Origin: the human T2T-CHM13v2.0 reference genome, Homo sapiens
Strand: one strand, 5' to 3'
Assembly: GCF_009914755.1 (NCBI RefSeq)
Contig: NC_060931.1
Length of the DNA: 64,000 nt
The notes beneath the pieces were generated by a model. That model saw nothing but the letters and a program-made list of their open reading frames with translations, was not told the origin of the DNA and searched no databases. Every line of letters begins with the position of its first letter. Within the stretch, counting starts at the first letter, position 1. The position numbers were made by a program, and so were the translations under genes. Positions 58,383-64,000 of this stretch are shown in pieces.

Positions 58383-59324
58383 AGGTCTATCTTTTAAAAT
58401 CTACTACACGATACACACACCACAGTCTCTTTTCAGTATTTATGAGTACACACTTTGTCCTCATAATCTAATTACATTGTAAAAATGTTTATGGCTTTGT
58501 GAATTATTAATTGAAGAAAGATGGCTTATAAATGGAAAAGCTAATGTAGTTAATATTTTACAGCAATTTGTTGTGATTCTCTTTGCCAAGCATGCTTTTC
58601 CTCTGGCAAACTCTTATATATCCTTCAAACCCTATCCATGAAGTTTATCCTGGTTCCCCACAGCAGATTTAGCCTCTTAAATTCCCCAGCATTTTAAATC
58701 AATCATCCCGCTAATTCTGTACTTATCACTTTGTATTATAATTTTCTATTATATTTATATGTTTGTATCCATGACTAGATTGTGAGTTCTTTGGAGACAA
58801 AGACTGGTGTTTTTTTTTTCATTTTTTAAATTTCATATTCATTTTTTCTTACCAAAACGAGCATAAAGTCTGACATCAAAATTAGAATTTTCCTGAATGA
58901 TTAAAGAAGCACTATAGCACAATGATTTTCTCTGTCATCTGACTAATCTTAGTAAAGACTCTTTTTATTTTTCTTTCCCCTTGATTACAACCTTTCCATA
59001 TTTACCTAAATAATTTCCAGTTCTTGCCCTTTTCTCCCAAAAATTATCTTTATAGTTCTTATGGTTCCTATCACCTCAGTACTAGGAGTTTTCCTTTTCT
59101 CTGTGTCTTCTAATTTTTTTAAAAAATCATATAGTCATGGTCATTGATTTTTAAAAAGTGTTTTTTTTTTCTTCATGTAAGAGTCAAAGCTCAGGTGGCA
59201 AAGGTCAAGTCTGAACTTATTCTGTTTTTGTTCACTGCAAGGAAGCAAGGCAGTGAAATTCCAGATAAACACTGAGCATTTAGGGAATAGATAAAAGAGG
59301 GGCAGCAGGCCTATTAGTCTGTAC

Positions 59325-59398
59325 CTTAAAGGTCAGGATAAGGTGGCTGAACCGAAATAATGCCTCTAAGTCCAGTCTGATGCTGACATGATCAAGAC
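59325..59398 (-). CDS. LAMB4: LAMB4 exon (~5), LN domain: LDHVSIRLDLEALFRFSHLILTFK
   Basis: ttAG|GTCTT ... AAG|GTac; 74 nt; phase 1 to 0. Confidence 0.95.
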
Positions 59399-60029
59399 CT
59401 AAGGAAGAATCCAGAAAGAAGAAAATCAGTGATTTTGAGAGACTTCTGCTTATCATGTTAATTCCCCATTGTGGCTTATCTGTAATAAAATCTCTTTGAT
59501 GCCACAAGGCTGACGATCACTCTTCCCAGTCTGTTGGAGTGGTATCCCATGCCACTCCAAGCCCAGGAGGTATGCAGAGCAAGATAGGGTTCACCCTGAC
59601 TGTGCCCACATCTGTGTTTTAGTGGCAACACACATGGCCACTATGTGGCAGCATTACATATGACCAAGGGAGTTTCAGGACATTTGCCCTAGGTGGAAAG
59701 AGAGAAAGAGAGGGTTCATTTCCTTGTACTGAAATCTTGACTACACATAAACATGAGCTAGCTAGCCAGAGGGTGGTAAAAACCAGTGCACCCATTTCTT
59801 CCAAGAGCTGCTATAGTCATTTGAACTAGAATTTCATTGTCACCTGGCATATAACACAGCTTGGAATATTCCCCTTGGAGTGGGGACCTGTGGGCTCCTC
59901 TGTGGCTGAGGCGGTGGTAGAGGTAGCCTGGTCAGTGTTTTGCACTGAGCTAGTTATGATCCATCTCTAGCAGAGATGTGGGGTATCAGCCCTAACCTGG
60001 ACACAAAAGAAGCCCAGATCTCTCTAGAG

Positions 60030-60600
60030 CAGCACTGTCCAACAGAAATAAAATATGAGACATGTATGTAATTTTGAATTTTCTAGCAGCCACATTAAAA
60101 AAGGTAAAAAGAAACAGGTAAATTTGTTTGTAATAATAAACCAACATATTTAAAAGTTATTTTGACATATAATCAATATTTTAAAAATTAGTGATTTTTT
60201 AAAGACAGAGTCTCGCTCTGTCCCCCAGACTGGAGTGCAGTGGCAGGATCTTGGCTCACTGCAACCTCTGCCTCCCGGGTCAGGGGATTCTACTGCCTCA
60301 GCCTCCTGAGTAGCTGGGACTACACGCTTGCTCCACCATGCCTGGCTAATTTTTGTATTTTTAGTAGAGACAGGGTTTTGCCATGTTGGCCAGGCTGGTC
60401 TCAAACTCCTGAGCTCAAGTGATCTGCCTATCTTGGCCTCCCAAAGTGCTGGGATTACAGGTGTGAGCCACTGCACCCTGCCAGAAAATCAGTGATTCTT
60501 TATTATACATTTTCTCCCAAAACTATGTCTTAGAAGTCTGGGATGTTTTTACACTTCCAGCCCATCTCAATTTGGATTAGACACATTTCAACTGCTCACA
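60030..60600. mobile_element. MER33-like hAT element split by an Alu
   Basis: cagcactgtccaacagaaata...ttctagcagccacattaaaaaagg ... catctcaatttggattagacacatttcaa. Confidence 0.7.
60195..60482 (-). mobile_element. AluS inside MER33
   Basis: Dimer; TSD aaaat(t/c)agtgatt. Confidence 0.93.
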
Positions 60601-61965
60601 CGGGACAGTATGGCTCCAGACGAAAGCGGCTGGACTACAGTGAATCGGGGTTCAGCCTAGAGTTCTAGGGTGAAAAGCTTAGGTACGTGTTTGCTGCTGA
60701 GTGGGCAGCCACATTGCAGGCTGAGTGTCAAGGGTCCTAACCCTTTCTAGGAAAGAGATCTGTCCCTCTCTCTAAGGTGCTTGGTTGAGAATCCTTGCTC
60801 TATGTCATTGGCTTGGACAGAGTGACATTCCCTTTGTGAGGAGATGTGGAACAAATGTTAGATGTGGGGGTCAAAACAGCCATTAAGCAAAAATGGCACC
60901 ATTCATCAGGAGGACAGGTGGCTGTGGAAAAAACACCTCACATTCATTAAGGAGAGTCCAGCTGGAGATCAATAACAAGGATCCAAAATGAAATGGCATT
61001 TAGTAGACACAGTCAATCATTGGTCAAGTGGATGACATAAATAAAACAACCTCATCTTATGCTTGCCCTAAACTATCTTATATATTATGATTATTCCCAC
61101 ACTCCCTTCTAATGGTCTAAAATCTCCTAAAGGAAATACATTCAGGAGTTTGTAGAGAATAGAGGAATTATAGTCCAAAGTGCAACACATAGCAATGTAG
61201 TGAATGAAATCATCTTGTGGGGGTTAAGGAAAACTGAAGAGTTCCAGACTAGTGTTAAAGAAGGGTCATCAAGAGTAGGCAAGCCTGCATTAGGAAAGTC
61301 CGGCCTGGATGGACATACATTTGGGCACATGAGGCCCATGGCTGGGGGTGGGACATGAGGATCCCTGATCAAGTCCACATTTATAGCGAGCATCTAGGAA
61401 TCTGGATGGTCAGCGCCAATGTAGGCTCAATATCGCAATTGTTCATAAAGAGAGAAAGGCATACTTCAGTCCGTAGCCAGCTATCCTTTCAATTCAGAGA
61501 TTTTACTTTGGCTTACAGTAAGAAGCAAAATGTTCTTTTCTCTTTCCCTTCATGTGTTGAAGGAAAAAGCACTTGGCGCTAACTCTCAGACTTCCCCTGG
61601 CATTATTCATTCAGTTTACATCAGTGTTTTGTATTAGGCTTAATTTACCAACACTTCATAAACTTTCTTCTTCTTCTTATTTTTTTACAAAGAACAAAAG
61701 GATGCAGAGATATTTTCTTCCACATGGAAAGAGTGAAACATTCTGAGTTATGTGCTTAAAATACATTTTGATTTTCCTGTAAAGGAAAGTATTCTTGTTA
61801 AAATGAAAATAAATTGTATTCTTATATGGGTCTCTACATTCTTGGAGGATACTGTTCCATTCCAATATAATACTTTGCTGTGACATTATTAAAACCATAC
61901 AAGGAAGAGGATGTCATATTAAAATATTGAAGAAATAAACAACTGGAAAGGAACTTAAATCATAC

Positions 61966-62101
61966 CATTTTCAGATTGCCACCATTTCTTTTCTCTGTCT
62001 GGTTCAAAACTTACAATGACATTCTCAATGGTGTGGCTGTTGGGTTGGTCATACGGATCATATGGAAATCTAGAGTCACAGATGAAGCATTTTTGTTCCC
62101 C
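61966..62101 (-). CDS. LAMB4: LAMB4 exon (~4), LN domain: [46 protein letters not shown]
   Basis: ttccAG|GGGGAA ... AATG|GTatg; 136 nt; phase 0 to 1. Confidence 0.95.
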
Positions 62102-62471
62102 CTGGAAAACACCATTATTAAAATTAAAAATAAAAATTGGAATTACATATTGTTGGGCTAAATTAAAGGCAAGCTGTACTTACTATGTTTGTCTTCCAAA
62201 CTGGCTAAAAATAAAAGGCAGAGGAAATAACAAGACATCAAAATGCCTATCAGTAGGTGCCTAAGTACAACAATAAACTATGAACTAAAATTTTATAAAT
62301 TTATACATTTGGAATAAAAATGCAAATTTATGTAAAACTAATTTTCTGTCATATAAGAGGCAGAGGATCTGGAAGTTATTTTAAACTGTACACAACTAAT
62401 ATGAAGAAATAAAAAATTAGAAATAGACCTCTTAGAAGGTCTTAGTGAATTGGAACTAGTTTTGCTTAGGA

Positions 62472-62746
62472 TTTTTTTTTTTTTGAGACAGAGTCTCATG
62501 CTGTCACTGAGGCTGGAGTGCAGTGTTGCAATCTCCTGGGTTCAAGAGACTCTCATGCCTCAGTCTCCCGAGGAGCTGGGATTACAGGCATGCACCACCA
62601 CACCCGGCTATTTTTTTGTATTTTTATTAGAGACAGGTTTTCACCATGTTGGCCAGGCTGGGTCTTAAACTCTTGGCCTCAAGTGATCTGCCTGCCTTGG
62701 CCTCCGAAAGTGATGAGATTACAGGTGTGAGCCACTGACCCCAGCC
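62472..62746 (-). mobile_element. AluS with small deletion
   Basis: Dimer; TSD tgcttaggat. Confidence 0.92.
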
Positions 62747-63049
62747 TGCTTAGGATGGATTTTTGAAGGTTACAACAGCAAAGGCTGGCCTTTGAGTTTG
62801 CTTAATTTAATGCATCTACTTGCAGCTATACTTGAAACTCCTAAGGGGCTCTGTAAGGATTTCCAAAGCACTGTCAGTGGCCTGCAGTTATTCCTGGCTA
62901 ATACTCAGAGGACTCTGAAGGAGCTCTTTTGCAAAGCTTCTGGGAAGCGGGGGCTGATCATTATAACCTTCTGTGCTGGAAATTGCCTACAACAGCATAG
63001 GTGCTCAGCTGGTGGCACTCAGTGCACGTTGCTTGTATGTCCTAGCCAT

Positions 63050-63530
63050 GGCTCACAAGGCCCAACATGATCTGGCCAGGGCCACCTCTTTGCCTTTATG
63101 TCTACTTGGCTTTTCACTCTCTTGACTCTGGCTACACATGCTTCTTGCTATTTTTTAAGCACTTAGAGTCAGAAGAGTTCAAGTTGTTCTTCCTCCCAGC
63201 TAGTCTTATCTCTTGCTCCTTCCCTTATTTCAGGTTTCTGTTAGAATGCCTTCATTTCAAAGAGCCTTTCCCTGACTACCCTATTAAAATGCCACCATCT
63301 TTTCACCCCCATGGCCCTCTGCCACTCTCTATTTTTTGTCCTGCTTTATATATTTCCTAAGCCCTTATCACTACTTGAGGCTATATTATACAGTTGTTGG
63401 TTTATTGTCTGTCTCTATAATAAGAATAAAAACTGAATGGGGCAAGGACCTGGTTTTATTTATTGCTGTATCTCCATTACCTAGAATAGTGTGTGGTACA
63501 TAGTAGATGTTCAGTAAAATTTATTAAATG
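63050..63530 (+). mobile_element. L2 3' end
   Basis: ggcaaggacctgg...tgctgtatctcc..acctagaatagtg..tggtacatagtagatgttcagtaaa. Confidence 0.75.
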
Positions 63531-64000
63531 CAGGATGATTTTAATGATTATTTCAGCTACAGTCAAAACAAATCAACCCTTCGAGAGATTCATATAATCA
63601 GTGTATCTTAGCATCACTGGTCACTATAGGCCTTATTGTTGAAGAAAGCCAAAATGCCTTTTGAAAATTAAGGCAAAATGGATCTAAATAAATTTTGCAT
63701 AGGGGTAGGCCCATCCCAGTGACCAGTAGAAGCTTTGTGATTCTATCAAAAGTGATGGTCTTCAAATAATTTCCAATAATACTATGGAAATTACTTGAGA
63801 AAATGTTTAACTTCAGGGCTTGTGGACCATTTTTTGGTTAACATTTTAGAAGTATAATCTTTGATGAGGTTGGCTTCAGAGGATGCTAAGTTGTGGCCAC
63901 TAAATGTGAGTTCCATCTTGGATAATTTAATAGGTCAATGTTGACTGGAAGCTTCTGAACAAAATGTTTTGCTTGGTAGCTCTTTCTTAGATAACAGATG

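Overview
Human (primate) genomic DNA lying entirely inside the laminin subunit beta-4 gene (LAMB4, minus strand). I traced 23 consecutive coding exons (61966-62101 down to 2204-2364; 3,724 nt). Every junction is phase-compatible. They encode most of the LN domain, LE1-5, the LF/IV-B domain, LE6-13 and the start of the coiled coil, probably exons 4-26 and residues ~65-1306 (numbering recalled, not computed). The start and stop codons lie outside the window. Introns hold ~29 Alus, MIR/L2/L3/L1 relics, hAT/Tigger/mariner elements, three solo ERVL-class LTRs, and a decayed two-LTR ERVL provirus (LTR16/HERV16-like) with nested MER45B and Alus. No tRNA, rRNA, CRISPR or second protein-coding gene was seen. 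The most notable oddities concern LAMB4 RNA processing: (1) a tandemly duplicated 5' splice site at the end of LE3, whose use or read-through would give a netrin-like LN-LE1-3 fragment; (2) a weak GC donor followed by an immediate stop and poly(A) hexamers, predicting a short-arm-only isoform; (3) inverted Alu pairs tightly bracketing exons. Protein-level oddities are an RGD in an elongated LE1 loop and an odd ninth cysteine in LE6. Repeat family names come from recalled consensus sequences and need RepeatMasker/Dfam confirmation.
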